Shown here in pieces: positions 44,026 to 53,694 of a stretch of 64,000 bases of DNA. The first letter of the stretch is position 1, and each line of letters begins with the position of its first letter. The translations under genes and the position numbers were made by a program. The DNA comes from Candidatus Limnocylindria bacterium (GTDB lineage: Bacteria > Chloroflexota > Limnocylindria > P2-11E): NCBI GenBank assembly GCA_036000705.1, contig DASYUY010000125.1, positions 1,048 through 65,047 of the forward strand, given 5' to 3'. Below the pieces are notes generated by a model. It was not told the origin of the DNA and ran no database searches. It saw nothing but the letters and a program-made list of their open reading frames with translations.

Positions 44026-45201
44026 CTACGCCACGCGCGTCCCGCGCTGGTACACGGCCCACACCCGCCACAGCGCCCGCGGGTCTGACAGCGGGTCTCC
44101 GTGCACGAGGACGAGGTCGGCGGGCTGGCCTTCGTCGAGGTGGCCGGCGTGCTCGACGCCGTAGAGCGCTCCCCCGTTGCGCGTCGCCGCCGCGAGCGCT
44201 TCGCAGGGCTCGAGCCCGGCGGCGACCAGGAGCTCGACCTCCCACGCCAGATGTCCGGCGCGGACCGAGCCGCCCCCGAAGTCGGAGCCGGTCGCGATCG
44301 TCACGCCCGCGCGCTTCGCCGCGGCCACCGACGCATACGCGCCCTCTTTGCGCTTCGCGATCCGCTCGCGCCCCTCCAGCGCCGTGAAGCGGTCGATCGT
44401 CGTCGTGCGCGCGAACGTCTCCCACGAGGCGAAGACAGACAGGGTCGACACCAGGGTGACCCCGTTGCGCTTCATCGTGCGCGCTATGTCGTCGTCGAGC
44501 TCCGTGCCGTGCTCGATCGAGTCGACGCCGGCCTCCGCCGCGACGCGCGCGCCGGCGAAGTAACCCGAGTGCGCCGCGACGCGCGCGCCGCGGTCGTGCA
44601 CCGCCTCGACCATCGCACGTACGTCGTCGACGCCGAACGGAGCGTCCTTCGCACCGCCCGGCGCATCCATGTACAGCTTCACGAGATCCGCGCCGAGATC
44701 GAGCTGTGCCATCGCGGCGGCGACAAGCTGGTCCCCGTCGACGCTCACGTCCATGAAGTCGTATCCCTTTGCGGCGATCCACGTGCCCGCGACGCGGATG
44801 TACGGCGCGGCGGGCCGGCCCCTCAGCTCATCGCGTGCGGCGATCGATACCGGAGCGCCAGCCTCGACCGGCGCTCCGACATCACGCGCCCACAGGATGC
44901 CGGCGTGAGCGAGACGCCTCGCGTTATCGCGCGCGACCTGTCGCAGCACCGGAGCGGGATCGTCCGCGCGCGCGATCCAGTGGCTGCCGCCCTGCATCGT
45001 GAGGTGGCTGTGGCAGTCGACCATCGCCGGAACGATCGTCGCGCCGCCGGCGTCGACGACCTCGGCGCCCGTCGTGTCGGCCGAGTCGTTCGGTCGGATC
45101 CACGCGATCTGTCCGCGTTCGATCGCCAGGCTGACGCCGGTGCGGAGGGAACCGGAGGTGCCATCGGCGAGCGCCGCGTCTTGGAGGACGACCCGTGTCA
45201 T
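44026..45201 (-). CDS. Amidohydrolase-family metal-dependent hydrolase
   Basis: 'IVPAMVDCHSHL' (HxH), 'VAAHS' and 'GSDFGGG', in the imidazolonepropionase/prolidase-like layout. Confidence 0.85.
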   Translation of the reverse strand: MTRVVLQDAALADGTSGSLRTGVSLAIERGQIAWIRPNDSADTTGAEVVDAGGATIVPAMVDCHSHLTMQGGSHWIARADDPAPVLRQVARDNARRLAHAGILWARDVGAPVEAGAPVSIAARDELRGRPAAPYIRVAGTWIAAKGYDFMDVSVDGDQLVAAAMAQLDLGADLVKLYMDAPGGAKDAPFGVDDVRAMVEAVHDRGARVAAHSGYFAGARVAAEAGVDSIEHGTELDDDIARTMKRNGVTLVSTLSVFASWETFARTTTIDRFTALEGRERIAKRKEGAYASVAAAKRAGVTIATGSDFGGGSVRAGHLAWEVELLVAAGLEPCEALAAATRNGGALYGVEHAGHLDEGQPADLVLVHGDPLSDPRALWRVWAVYQRGTRVA

Positions 45202-45229
45202 CGCCGCGCGATGTTAGGCGGACGCCGCC

Positions 45230-46258
45230 CTAGCCGGTCCAGTCCAGCACGACCTTGCCGCACTGGCCCGAGCGCACGACCTCGAACGCCTCCGCGAATT
45301 CCCTGGCCGGGAAGCGGTGCGTGATGACCGCGGTGATGTCGAGTCCGCTCTGCAGCATCGAGCCCATGCGGTACCAGGTCTCGAACATCTCGCGCCCGTA
45401 GATCCCCTTCAGCGTCAGGCCGCGGAAGATCACCTGATCCCAGTCGATCGGGATCTCCTGATTCGGGATCCCGAGCAGCGCCACGCGGCCGCCATGGTTC
45501 ATGAAGGCAAGCATCGACCGCAGCGCCTCGGGGCTGCCGGACATCTCGAGCCCGATGTCGAAGCCCTCGAGCATGCCGAGCTCCCTCATGACGGCATCGA
45601 GCGTCGTCGTCGTGTAGTCGACGGCGAGAGTCGCGCCCAGGCGGCGCGCGAGCGCGAGGCGGTAGTGGTTGCGGTCGGTGACGACGACGTAGCGCGCGCC
45701 GACGAACCGGCTCACCGCGGCGGCCATCACGCCGATCGGCCCGGCGCCGGTGATGAGAACGTCCTCGCCCGCGAGCTCGAACGACAGCGCGCTGTGCACC
45801 GCGTTCCCGAGCGGGTCCAGGCACGCACCGATCTCGTCCGGCATCCCCGGCGCCAGGACGTAGGCGTTCGACGCGGGCACGGCGATGTACTCCGCGAACG
45901 CGCCCGGCCGCTGCACGCCGATCCCCACCGCGTTGCGGCACAGGTGACGGCGGCCGGCCCGGCAGTTCCGGCAATGGCCGCAGGTGACGTGGCCCTCGAC
46001 GGCCACGCGCTGTCCCGCGGAGAACCCGCTGACCTCGCTGCCGACCTCGGCCACCGATCCCTCGAACTCGTGGCCGATGACGAGCGGCACCGGGATCGTC
46101 TTCTGGGCCCACGCATCCCAGTTCCAGATGTGGAGGTCGGTGCCGCAGATCGACGTGTAGTGGACGCGCACCAGCAGGTCGTTCGGGCCGATCGTCGGAC
46201 GTTCGACGTCCTCGAGCCAGATGCCCGGCTCGCGGCGGCTCTTGACGAGCGCGCGCAT
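45230..46258 (-). CDS. tdh: L-threonine 3-dehydrogenase
   Basis: '[31 protein letters not shown]' and '[14 protein letters not shown]' are the Tdh-type zinc ADH motifs. ATGA overlap with kbl. Confidence 0.9.
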   Translation of the reverse strand: MRALVKSRREPGIWLEDVERPTIGPNDLLVRVHYTSICGTDLHIWNWDAWAQKTIPVPLVIGHEFEGSVAEVGSEVSGFSAGQRVAVEGHVTCGHCRNCRAGRRHLCRNAVGIGVQRPGAFAEYIAVPASNAYVLAPGMPDEIGACLDPLGNAVHSALSFELAGEDVLITGAGPIGVMAAAVSRFVGARYVVVTDRNHYRLALARRLGATLAVDYTTTTLDAVMRELGMLEGFDIGLEMSGSPEALRSMLAFMNHGGRVALLGIPNQEIPIDWDQVIFRGLTLKGIYGREMFETWYRMGSMLQSGLDITAVITHRFPAREFAEAFEVVRSGQCGKVVLDWTG

Positions 46259-47460
46259 CAGATCACTCCGAGCGCGCGCCCGACCTTTGCGAACGCCGCG
46301 ACCGCGCGATCGACATGCTCGAACGTGTGCGCGGCCGAGAGCTGAACGCGGATGCGCGCCTGATCGCGCGGCACCACGGGGAACGAGAACGCGATGACGT
46401 AGACGCCCTCGGCGAGCAGCCGGTCGGCCATGCTCGTCGCGAGCCTCGCGTCGCCGAGCATCACTGGAACGATCGGATGCTCGCCGGCGACGAGGCGAAA
46501 GCCATTCGCGGTCATACCCGCGCGAAAGCGCGCGGCGTTCGCGAACAGGTGTTCGCGGAGCTCGCCGGCCGATTCGATGAGATCGAGCACGGCGATGGAG
46601 GTCGCGGTGATGACCGGCGCGAGCGTGTTCGAGAACAGATAGGGCCGGCTGCGCTGGCGCAGCAGCTCGACGATCTCCTTACGCCCGCTGGTGTAGCCGC
46701 CGGATGCGCCGCCCAGCGCTTTTCCAAGGGTCCCGGTCAGGATGTCGACGCGACCGACGACACCGCGCGCTTCATGCGAGCCGCGGCCGTGCGTGCCCAT
46801 GAAGCCGACCGCGTGCGAATCGTCGACCATCACGAGCGCGTCGTACTTCTCGGCGAGGTCGCAGATCGCGCCGAGGTCGGCCACGATCCCGTCCATCGAG
46901 AACACGCCGTCGGTCGCGATCAGCTTGAATCGGCATGACGCCGCCTCTTTCAGCTGCTGCTCGAGGTCGACCATGTCGTTGTTCGCGTACCGGAAGCGCT
47001 TCGCCTTCGAAAGACGGACGCCGTCGATGATGCTCGCGTGGTTGAGCGCATCGCTGATGACCGCATCCTCTTCCCCGAGCAGCGTCTCGAAGAGCCCGCC
47101 GTTCGCGTCGAAGCACGAGCCGTACAGGATCGTGTCCTCCGTTCCCAAAAACCGCGTCAGTCGGTCCTCGAGCTCCTTGTGGATGTCCTGCGTGCCGCAG
47201 ATGAACCGGACCGACGACATGCCGTAGCCCCACCGATCGAGCGCGGCATGCGCGGCCACCAGGACGGCGGGATCGTCGGAGAGACCGAGGTAGTTGTTCG
47301 CGCAGAAGTTAATGACCTCGAGATCGGGACGGACGGCGATCTCGGCGCCCTGCGGTGAGCTGATCACGCGTTCCTTCTTGTAGAGACCGCTCTCGCGGAT
47401 CGAGGCGATCTGCTCGCGGAGCGACTCGAGGAAACGCTGATCCATGGCCGCCAGCATCAT
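46258..47460 (-). CDS. kbl: Glycine C-acetyltransferase (2-amino-3-ketobutyrate CoA ligase)
   Basis: '[17 protein letters not shown]', '[11 protein letters not shown]', 'VDDSHAVGF' and 'GTLGKALGG' (PLP lysine). The start is the ATG at 47460, 47457 or 47445. Confidence 0.9.
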   Translation of the reverse strand: MMLAAMDQRFLESLREQIASIRESGLYKKERVISSPQGAEIAVRPDLEVINFCANNYLGLSDDPAVLVAAHAALDRWGYGMSSVRFICGTQDIHKELEDRLTRFLGTEDTILYGSCFDANGGLFETLLGEEDAVISDALNHASIIDGVRLSKAKRFRYANNDMVDLEQQLKEAASCRFKLIATDGVFSMDGIVADLGAICDLAEKYDALVMVDDSHAVGFMGTHGRGSHEARGVVGRVDILTGTLGKALGGASGGYTSGRKEIVELLRQRSRPYLFSNTLAPVITATSIAVLDLIESAGELREHLFANAARFRAGMTANGFRLVAGEHPIVPVMLGDARLATSMADRLLAEGVYVIAFSFPVVPRDQARIRVQLSAAHTFEHVDRAVAAFAKVGRALGVI

Positions 47461-47490
47461 GGCACCGGCGGCAGGCGCCGTCCTACGCGG

Positions 47491-47865
47491 TCATTTCAGG
47501 TCGAGCACCTGCTTGATCGCGTTGATGAGCTCGATCGGACCGAACGGTTTCAGCAGGTATTGAGCCGCGCCGGCCGCGCGGCCCTCGGCAAGATCGCCCG
47601 CCTTGTCGTGAGCGCTGAGCATGACGATCGGCACGTCACGTGTCGTCGCGTCGCCCTTGAGCGTGCGGCACACGTCGAAGCCGTCGTGCTTGAACCCTTC
47701 GAACGCCACGTCGAGCAGCACCACGTCCGGTGTCGACGCCCGCACCAGCTCGGGCACCGCATCGGGGTCGCCCGTCTCGACGACGCGCCAGCCCTGGCTC
47801 GACAACGTGATACGTACGAGCTCCCGCATGTGGTTCGAGTCGTCGGCCACCAGAACTGTGAGCAC
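47491..47865 (-). CDS. Single-domain response regulator (CheY-like receiver)
   Basis: 'VLVADDS', 'DVVLLDV', 'IVMLSAH' and 'YLLKPF': the acidic pocket, phospho-Asp, Ser/Thr and Lys positions are all present. No output domain. Confidence 0.9.
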   Translation of the reverse strand: MLTVLVADDSNHMRELVRITLSSQGWRVVETGDPDAVPELVRASTPDVVLLDVAFEGFKHDGFDVCRTLKGDATTRDVPIVMLSAHDKAGDLAEGRAAGAAQYLLKPFGPIELINAIKQVLDLK

Positions 47866-48158
47866 CCTCGGCCGGACGATAGCAGTGCGGCCAAGCGAGC
47901 TGGTGTGGGTGACGGTCCCGGAGTTGATCGAGAACTGGGTGCGCGTCGGGATGCTCGTCCTGGCGCTGACGGCACCGCTGGGAGCCGGCTATGTCGCCGG
48001 CATCTGCGCAACCAGCGGCCCCGGGGCATGGGGATAGCCACAGCGCCGGTGCTCCGGCTGTCCGCTCTGGCGCGGCGCGACGAGACCGCTCACGTCCGGA
48101 TCGCGAGGGCATGCGCGTGCGCCGGCGGATCGAGACCGCCCATCGCCGCGCTCAGGGC

Positions 48159-48626
48159 TCAGTGATCGACACGTTCTCCGTGGATCTCGCCGCGCCACGC
48201 GCCGGTCGGCGCTCCGCGAGATTCGATGAAGCGCTTGATGCGTTCGAGGTCACCGCTCACGCGGCGCTCGAGGAACCCGAGCGCGTCTCCGGCCTTCTCG
48301 CCCGCATCGCGCGGCTCGTAGGTGAGCTCCAGGGAGACTTTCGTCTGACCGTCGCCGGCGGGCTGGAAGATCACCGACCCGGCATTCATCGCGCCCGTCA
48401 CGCTGCGCCACGCGATGTGTCGGTCGGGCACCTGATCGGTGATCTCGGCCTCCCACTCCTCGTCCTTGCCGGCGATCTCGGCGCGCCAGCGAAGCCGCTT
48501 CTCGTCGAGTTGGACGACTTCCTTCACGCCCTCCATGAACTCTGGAAAAGACTCGAACTGCGTCCACTGGTCGTACGCGACGCTGACCGGGACGTTCACG
48601 ATGATGTCCCTTTCGATACGTGGCAT
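48159..48626 (-). CDS. SRPBCC-family (cyclase/dehydrase-like) protein
   Basis: The ATG at 48626 follows AAGGAG. 'IERDIIVNVPVSVAYDQWTQFESFPEFMEGVKEV' matches the polyketide_cyc2-like pattern. Confidence 0.8.
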   Translation of the reverse strand: MPRIERDIIVNVPVSVAYDQWTQFESFPEFMEGVKEVVQLDEKRLRWRAEIAGKDEEWEAEITDQVPDRHIAWRSVTGAMNAGSVIFQPAGDGQTKVSLELTYEPRDAGEKAGDALGFLERRVSGDLERIKRFIESRGAPTGAWRGEIHGERVDH

Positions 48627-48636
48627 GTCGATCTCC

Positions 48637-48912
48637 TTAGGCGGTCTTGATGAGCTCTCCGACCGGACCGTTCCACCGTTGCAGGAAGTCGTGCGCGTCG
48701 AGGACGTCGTCCTTGGTGAATGCGGGCGTCTTGGCGTCCTCGCGCTCGACGATCGCAACACTCGATTCGCCGCAGACGGTACAGGCGAGCTTCACCACCA
48801 GCGCCTGCGGCTCGGCCGTGATGCCGCGGACCGCGCAGCTCGCGAGTCGCGCGCCGCAGGCCGGGCACTCCATCGTCCGGATGCGCTCGAGGATGGAACC
48901 GATCCAGTCCAC
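48637..48912 (-). CDS. Small zinc-ribbon-like protein, hypothetical
   Basis: 91 aa with 'CPACG' and 'CTVCG' Cys pairs. Ends 10 nt upstream of the SRPBCC gene. Confidence 0.5.
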   Translation of the reverse strand: MDWIGSILERIRTMECPACGARLASCAVRGITAEPQALVVKLACTVCGESSVAIVEREDAKTPAFTKDDVLDAHDFLQRWNGPVGELIKTA

Positions 48913-49001
48913 GCGACGTCAGCCTGCACAACCGACGCCATCGGCATCGTGCTCGCTCGAACGGTGACCGAGCACGCCCGCGCCTGCCGCCCGATGGAGC
49001 C

Positions 49002-49490
49002 TCAGCCGGGCGTCGCGTCCTCCGTGGGGAACGCGCCGATGAGCGCGCCGGAGATGCGCGCGTCCGCGACGAGCTCTTCCCACACGCGCTCCAGGCTCGC
49101 ATCGTCCGGCCCGCGCTCGCCACGACGCCGCGCCACCAGCATCATCGCGCAGGCACGGAGCGACGGAGCGGCGACGATGACGCCGTCCGTCCCACGGCCG
49201 ACGCTCTCCGCATCCGGCGCCGCGCGATGGGCGGCGATGTAGTCATCGAGATCGTCGGGCGGCGTGCCCACCAGAGGCGCGCCATCGACGAGCAGCACCG
49301 ACGCGATGTCATACGGCGTCATGGTGTGATTCGACACCCCTCGCCCCGCGACATACACGACGTCATGGAGGCGCAGGGTGAGGCGACCGTCAGGCGGCAG
49401 GGCGTCGGCCCGCGCGAGGATCCGCGTCGCGACGGTCAGCTCGGTGGCGGGCTGTTCGCGAATGAGCACCGCTGTAGCGTGGCACGCCAT
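49002..49490 (-). CDS. Hypothetical protein (faint class II aldolase/adducin-like pattern without the His ligands)
   Basis: ATG at 49490. 'GRLTLRLHDVVYVAGRGVSNHTMTPYDIASVLLVDG' resembles the aldolase_II N-terminus, but no metal-binding His cluster is present. Weak call. Confidence 0.4.
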   Translation of the reverse strand: MACHATAVLIREQPATELTVATRILARADALPPDGRLTLRLHDVVYVAGRGVSNHTMTPYDIASVLLVDGAPLVGTPPDDLDDYIAAHRAAPDAESVGRGTDGVIVAAPSLRACAMMLVARRRGERGPDDASLERVWEELVADARISGALIGAFPTEDATPG

Positions 49491-49524
49491 GGAACCCAGA
49501 GGCCACCCCGCCCGTCCTAGTGCC

Positions 49525-49872
49525 ATGCGCCCGACGCTCCTCGCGCTCGCGCTTCTTGTCACCTCCGGCTGCGGTGGTGGTGCGGCGAGCCGTGCGGCCG
49601 ACATCAGCGGCATCGTGACCAACGTGAGCGGGCGCACGGACGGCGTGACTGTGCTCGTCGAGTCTGACCCGTCGACGCCCTCGACCGGCGACAAGGCGTC
49701 CGTCGCGGTGACGAGCAACACGCGCGTCACCCGGCGGTCCGGGAGCGGCGAGGTCGCCGCGACGTTCCGCGATCTCCTACCAGGTGTGCGGGTCGAGGTG
49801 TGGTTCGACGGCCCGGTCGCGATGTCCTATCCGGTTCAGGGCAAGGCGCAAGCGGTCATGATCGTCCGCTAA
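49525..49872 (+). CDS. DUF3221-like small lipoprotein
   Basis: ATG at 49525. Lipobox 'LVTSGC'. 'ISGIVTNV...VLVE' and 'VEVWFDGPVAMSYPVQGKAQAVMI' follow the YobA/DUF3221 pattern. Confidence 0.65.
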   Translation: MRPTLLALALLVTSGCGGGAASRAADISGIVTNVSGRTDGVTVLVESDPSTPSTGDKASVAVTSNTRVTRRSGSGEVAATFRDLLPGVRVEVWFDGPVAMSYPVQGKAQAVMIVR

Positions 49873-50300
49873 GCCTCTCCGAGTCTCTTCCGCAGCGCCG
49901 CGATCGTGCCGTCGATGGTGCGGTGGTGACCCACGATGTAACGCGAGACGACGCGGAAGAACGCGTTGTAGATCTCACCGTTCTCGGTGATCGTCAGCGT
50001 GCTCCCGCCGGGCGACGCGGCGATCTCGCACGTCCAGGTGCCGCCGAAATCCGTCTCCCCCGCGACGCGACGGACCAGCAGCTTCGGGGGCACGGACTCG
50101 AGCGTCTCGAACTTCACTTCGCCGACGCCACGTGACGACATCAGCGCGGGGTCGTTGATCGCGTCCCAGACGTCCTCGGGAGGCCTGCGAAATACCGCCG
50201 TGCGGCTGGCGATGTGGCCGATCGGTAGCGATCTTCCGACGAGCGCGATCGCGAGGGCGATCACGACGAGGGCAACGACGATGCCGATGAAGATCTCCAC
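49869..50300 (-). CDS. SRPBCC-like protein with an N-terminal TM anchor
   Basis: 143 aa. 'IFIGIVVALVVIALAIALV' TM helix followed by an AHSA1/SRPBCC-like fold pattern. Confidence 0.6.
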   Translation of the reverse strand: MEIFIGIVVALVVIALAIALVGRSLPIGHIASRTAVFRRPPEDVWDAINDPALMSSRGVGEVKFETLESVPPKLLVRRVAGETDFGGTWTCEIAASPGGSTLTITENGEIYNAFFRVVSRYIVGHHRTIDGTIAALRKRLGEA

Positions 50301-50394
50301 GGCGAGCGACAGCCTAGCGCGGCGCCAGACCGGTGGGTGACAATCGGCGCATGGCCGTCACATTCGGCGGCTCGGCGGTGCTTTGAAGGAAGAG

Positions 50395-50925
50395 ATGGAA
50401 GTGGCTGAGCGCCTGCGTTTGGGCACGGCCCCGGGGCCGGGCATGCCGCCGGCCTTCGAGGACCTCTTCCGGAGGGAGTACCCCAGGGTGGTCGCGATCG
50501 CGCACCGCGTCGTCGCCGACGCCGACGAGGCCGAGGACGTCGCACAGGACGTGTTCGTCTCCTTCTACCGCAAGCACCCCGCCGACGCGCACTACGCCGC
50601 ACCGTGGCTGCACGCCGCGGCGGCGCATACCGCACTGAACGCTCTGCGCTCGCGGGAGCGGCGCGGGAAGCGCGACGCGGTCGAGGCCGTCCGCCGCGAT
50701 ACGGCGGTGCCCGATCCGGCTCTGGCCGCCGAGACGGCAGAGACCAGATCGGAGGTCCGCGCCGCGCTCGCGCGTCTCCCGGACCGAAGCGCGGCGCTCC
50801 TCGCCCTTCGCTACAGCGGACTCAGCTACGAGGAGATCGCGGCCGCGCTCGGACTGCGGCAATCGAGTATCGGAACGCTGCTCCGCCGTGCGGAAGACGC
50901 GTTCCGAAGGGAGGTCACGACGTGA
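50395..50925 (+). CDS. ECF-type sigma-70 family sigma factor
   Basis: The ATG at 50395 follows GAAGGAAG. 'FEDLFRREYPRVVAIAHRVV.D...AEDVAQDVF' and 'ALLALRYSGLSYEEIAAALGLRQSSIGTLLRRA'. Confidence 0.85.
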   Translation: MEVAERLRLGTAPGPGMPPAFEDLFRREYPRVVAIAHRVVADADEAEDVAQDVFVSFYRKHPADAHYAAPWLHAAAAHTALNALRSRERRGKRDAVEAVRRDTAVPDPALAAETAETRSEVRAALARLPDRSAALLALRYSGLSYEEIAAALGLRQSSIGTLLRRAEDAFRREVTT

Positions 50926-51929
50926 GTGACATCGAGGAAATGCTTTCGGTGCCTGAGGCGAAGGTCGATACGGAACGTGCGCTGGCGCGACTGCGCGCGC
51001 GTGTGGAGGCCGAGCGGCTCGCGCCGGTCACCCGAAGCGCGTCGGGCACGCGTCGCGTGGCGGTGAACATGTGGCTGAAGGGGCTCGCGGCCGCCGCGAC
51101 CGTCGCGCTCGTCGCGACGGTCCTCACCGTGAGCGGGCTCGCCGAGACGATCCTGACGATCTTCGAGCCGAAGCAGCTCGTCGCCGTGCCGATCACGGTC
51201 AACGACCTGAGTGGCACATCGAGCTTCGCGACCTACGGCACGTTGACGTGGACGGAGCAACCGAGACCCTACGACGTTCCCGACGTGCGCACGGCGGCGC
51301 GCGACAGCGGCATGACCGTGCTGATCCCGGCAAATCTTCCGGCCGGCGTCGGCGCACCTCGCTACGGCGTGATGGCGAAGACGACCGCGACGTTCACGTT
51401 CAGCGCGGAGAAGACGCGTCAGGCCGCCGCGTCGCAGAAGCGCACGCCGCCGCCGATGCCGGCGAACATCGACGGCAGCAGGCTGTTCATCACCGGCGGT
51501 CCGGCGGTCGTCGCGTTCTATGACGATGGCAGCGCTGGTGCGACCGGCGCCACGGGTGCGACTGGCGCGAGCCCCTTCTCGGGGATGCCCAAGCTGATCG
51601 TCGCGCAGGGCAAGCCGCCGATCGTGCAGTCCGACGGCGTGACCGTCGATCAGCTGCAGAGCTACCTGCTGCAGCAGCCCGGCATCTCGCCGCAGCTCGC
51701 GGCGCAGATCCGCGCGATCAAGGACCCGTCGAGCACCCTGCCGGTCCCGATCCCGGTGGACATGGCGACCTCGAAGAAGGTGACCGTGCAAGGCGTCGAC
51801 GGCATCTTCGTCGGTGATTCGACCGGCCTCGGGAGCGCGGTGATCTGGCAAAAGGACGGCATCGTGTACGGCGTCGCGGGAGCGCTCACGGAGCAGCAGG
51901 TCCTGGCGGTGGCAAACTCGCTCCATTGA
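50922..51929 (+). CDS. Membrane-anchored putative anti-sigma factor with a DUF4367-like C-terminal domain
   Basis: GTG at 50922 overlaps the sigma stop (GTGA). Single TM 'GLAAAATVALVATVLTV'. The C-terminal 'AVIWQKDGIVYGVAGALTEQQVLAVANSL' is DUF4367-like. Confidence 0.7.
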   Translation: MSDIEEMLSVPEAKVDTERALARLRARVEAERLAPVTRSASGTRRVAVNMWLKGLAAAATVALVATVLTVSGLAETILTIFEPKQLVAVPITVNDLSGTSSFATYGTLTWTEQPRPYDVPDVRTAARDSGMTVLIPANLPAGVGAPRYGVMAKTTATFTFSAEKTRQAAASQKRTPPPMPANIDGSRLFITGGPAVVAFYDDGSAGATGATGATGASPFSGMPKLIVAQGKPPIVQSDGVTVDQLQSYLLQQPGISPQLAAQIRAIKDPSSTLPVPIPVDMATSKKVTVQGVDGIFVGDSTGLGSAVIWQKDGIVYGVAGALTEQQVLAVANSLH

Positions 51930-52834
51930 TCGACGCGCCCGCCATACGCACGCACGAGCTGGCGAAGCGATACGGGAGCATCACCGCGCTCGCGGGTCTG
52001 ACGATGAACATCCCGCGTGGCGACGTCTTCGGCTTCCTAGGACCGAACGGCGCGGGCAAGACGACCGCGGTGAAGCTCTTGCTCGGGCTCACGCCTCCGA
52101 CATCGGGCGACGCGGAGGTCCTCGGCGCCGCCATCGGCGATCGCGACGCGCTCCGCCGCGTCGGATATCTCCCCGAGCTGTTCCGTTATCAGACCTGGCT
52201 CAGCGCGCGCGAGGTCCTCGCGCTCCACTGTGAGCTCGCGGGCGTCGATCGCGCCGCGTGGCAGCGCGAGATCGAGGACGCGCTCGCGATCGTCGGCCTC
52301 TCGGATCGTGGATCGAGCCGTGTCGGCACGTTCTCGAAGGGGATGCAGCAGCGGCTCGGCCTCGGCGTCGCGCTCCTGGGGACGCCCGATCTCGTCGTCC
52401 TCGACGAGCCGACGAGCGCGCTCGATCCGGTCGGCCGGCACGACGTCCGCGAGATCATCCGCGCGCTCGGCGATCGTGGCACGACCGTTTTTCTCAATTC
52501 GCACCTGCTCAGCGAGGTGGAGCAGGTCTGTCGCCGCGTCGCGATCGTCGATCGCGGCCGAGTCGTCGCCGAGGGCACTCTCGACGAGCTCCTGGGCGGT
52601 GACACCGTTCGGATACGCGCGACGGGGCTCGATCGGGCAGCAATGACGCGCCTGTCGCGCTTCGGTCAGGTCGACGGTGATGGCGACTGGCTGGTCATAC
52701 GCGGGATCGATACCGAGCGCGTGCCGGAGCTGGTCGGCGACATCGTGCAGCTGGGCGGCCGGGTCTACGCCGTCGAGCCCCGCCATGAGTCGCTCGAGGA
52801 CCGCTTCCTCGGCCTTCTCGGACAGCCGAACTGA
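51926..52834 (+). CDS. ABC transporter ATP-binding protein (ABC-2 / DrrA-like)
   Basis: TTGA overlap with the upstream gene. Walker A 'GPNGAGKTT', signature 'FSKGMQQR', Walker B 'LVVLDEPT'. Confidence 0.9.
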   Translation: MIDAPAIRTHELAKRYGSITALAGLTMNIPRGDVFGFLGPNGAGKTTAVKLLLGLTPPTSGDAEVLGAAIGDRDALRRVGYLPELFRYQTWLSAREVLALHCELAGVDRAAWQREIEDALAIVGLSDRGSSRVGTFSKGMQQRLGLGVALLGTPDLVVLDEPTSALDPVGRHDVREIIRALGDRGTTVFLNSHLLSEVEQVCRRVAIVDRGRVVAEGTLDELLGGDTVRIRATGLDRAAMTRLSRFGQVDGDGDWLVIRGIDTERVPELVGDIVQLGGRVYAVEPRHESLEDRFLGLLGQPN

Positions 52835-53694
52835 TGCTCGCGCTCACCGTCGCCCGTCTTCAGCTGCAGGAGCTATTGCGGCGGCGCCTCTTCCTCGTGC
52901 TCCTGCTCCTCACGATCGTCGTCATCGCGCTCACGACATGGGGCTTCTCGCGCATCCCCACACTTGGCGCCAATCGACCGACCCCGATCACGCCGACGGA
53001 GATCGCGGCCATCGCGTCGCAGCTGCTCATCCTCGTGATGTTCATGTTCAGCTTCGTGCTCGCGTTCTCGGCCGTGTTCGCCGCCGCGCCCGCCATCTCC
53101 GGCGAAGTGGAGTCGGGCATCACCCTCGCGCTGCTCGCGCGACCGATCACACGGCTCGAATACGTCATGGGCAAGTGGCTTGGCCTCGTCGCGACGGTGC
53201 TCGCGTACGCGATCCCCGCGGCTGCGGTGCAGATGGTGCTGGTGCAGATGGTCGTCGGCTACTCGCCGCCGCACCCGATCGAATTCCTCGCATTCGTGAT
53301 CGGCGAAGCGGTGGTCGTCCTCACGCTGTCGCTGCTCCTCTCGACGCGCTTCGCCGGCATGGTCGGCGGCGTGACCGGACTCATCCTGTGGGGACTGGCG
53401 TGGATGGGCGGCATCGTCGGCGGCATCGGGCTGGCATTCGACAACGCGACGCTCACGCACGTCGGGACCGCATCGAAGCTGATCCTCCCGACCGACGGCC
53501 TGTGGCGCGGCGCGGTGTGGAGCCTCGAGCCCGCGTCGCTCACCGTGGCGATGCGCGGGGCCGGCGCGGCGGCCGCGGCGAATCCCTTCTTCGCGGCCGA
53601 TCCACCGCCGGCGGCGTACGTCGCGTGGACGATGATCTGGATCACCGCGGTGCTCGCGTTCGCGGTGTGGAGCTTCACGCGGAAAGAGCTGTGA
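52834..53694 (+). CDS. ABC-2-type transporter permease
   Basis: ATG overlaps the upstream TGA. 286 aa with six hydrophobic segments. Confidence 0.8.
   Translation: MLALTVARLQLQELLRRRLFLVLLLLTIVVIALTTWGFSRIPTLGANRPTPITPTEIAAIASQLLILVMFMFSFVLAFSAVFAAAPAISGEVESGITLALLARPITRLEYVMGKWLGLVATVLAYAIPAAAVQMVLVQMVVGYSPPHPIEFLAFVIGEAVVVLTLSLLLSTRFAGMVGGVTGLILWGLAWMGGIVGGIGLAFDNATLTHVGTASKLILPTDGLWRGAVWSLEPASLTVAMRGAGAAAAANPFFAADPPPAAYVAWTMIWITAVLAFAVWSFTRKEL

Noticed and set aside
47866-48158. A glycine or other riboswitch in the 290-bp region upstream of the receiver-kbl-tdh genes.
   Set aside because: Reading the minus strand, I could not find the conserved cores of glycine or other riboswitch classes that I know. 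A covariance-model scan would be needed to be sure.
51520-51560. A GATGATGATGAS mini-repeat in the anti-sigma-like protein as a second VNTR.
   Set aside because: There are only about three imperfect 9-bp units, and the sequence fits a flexible linker.
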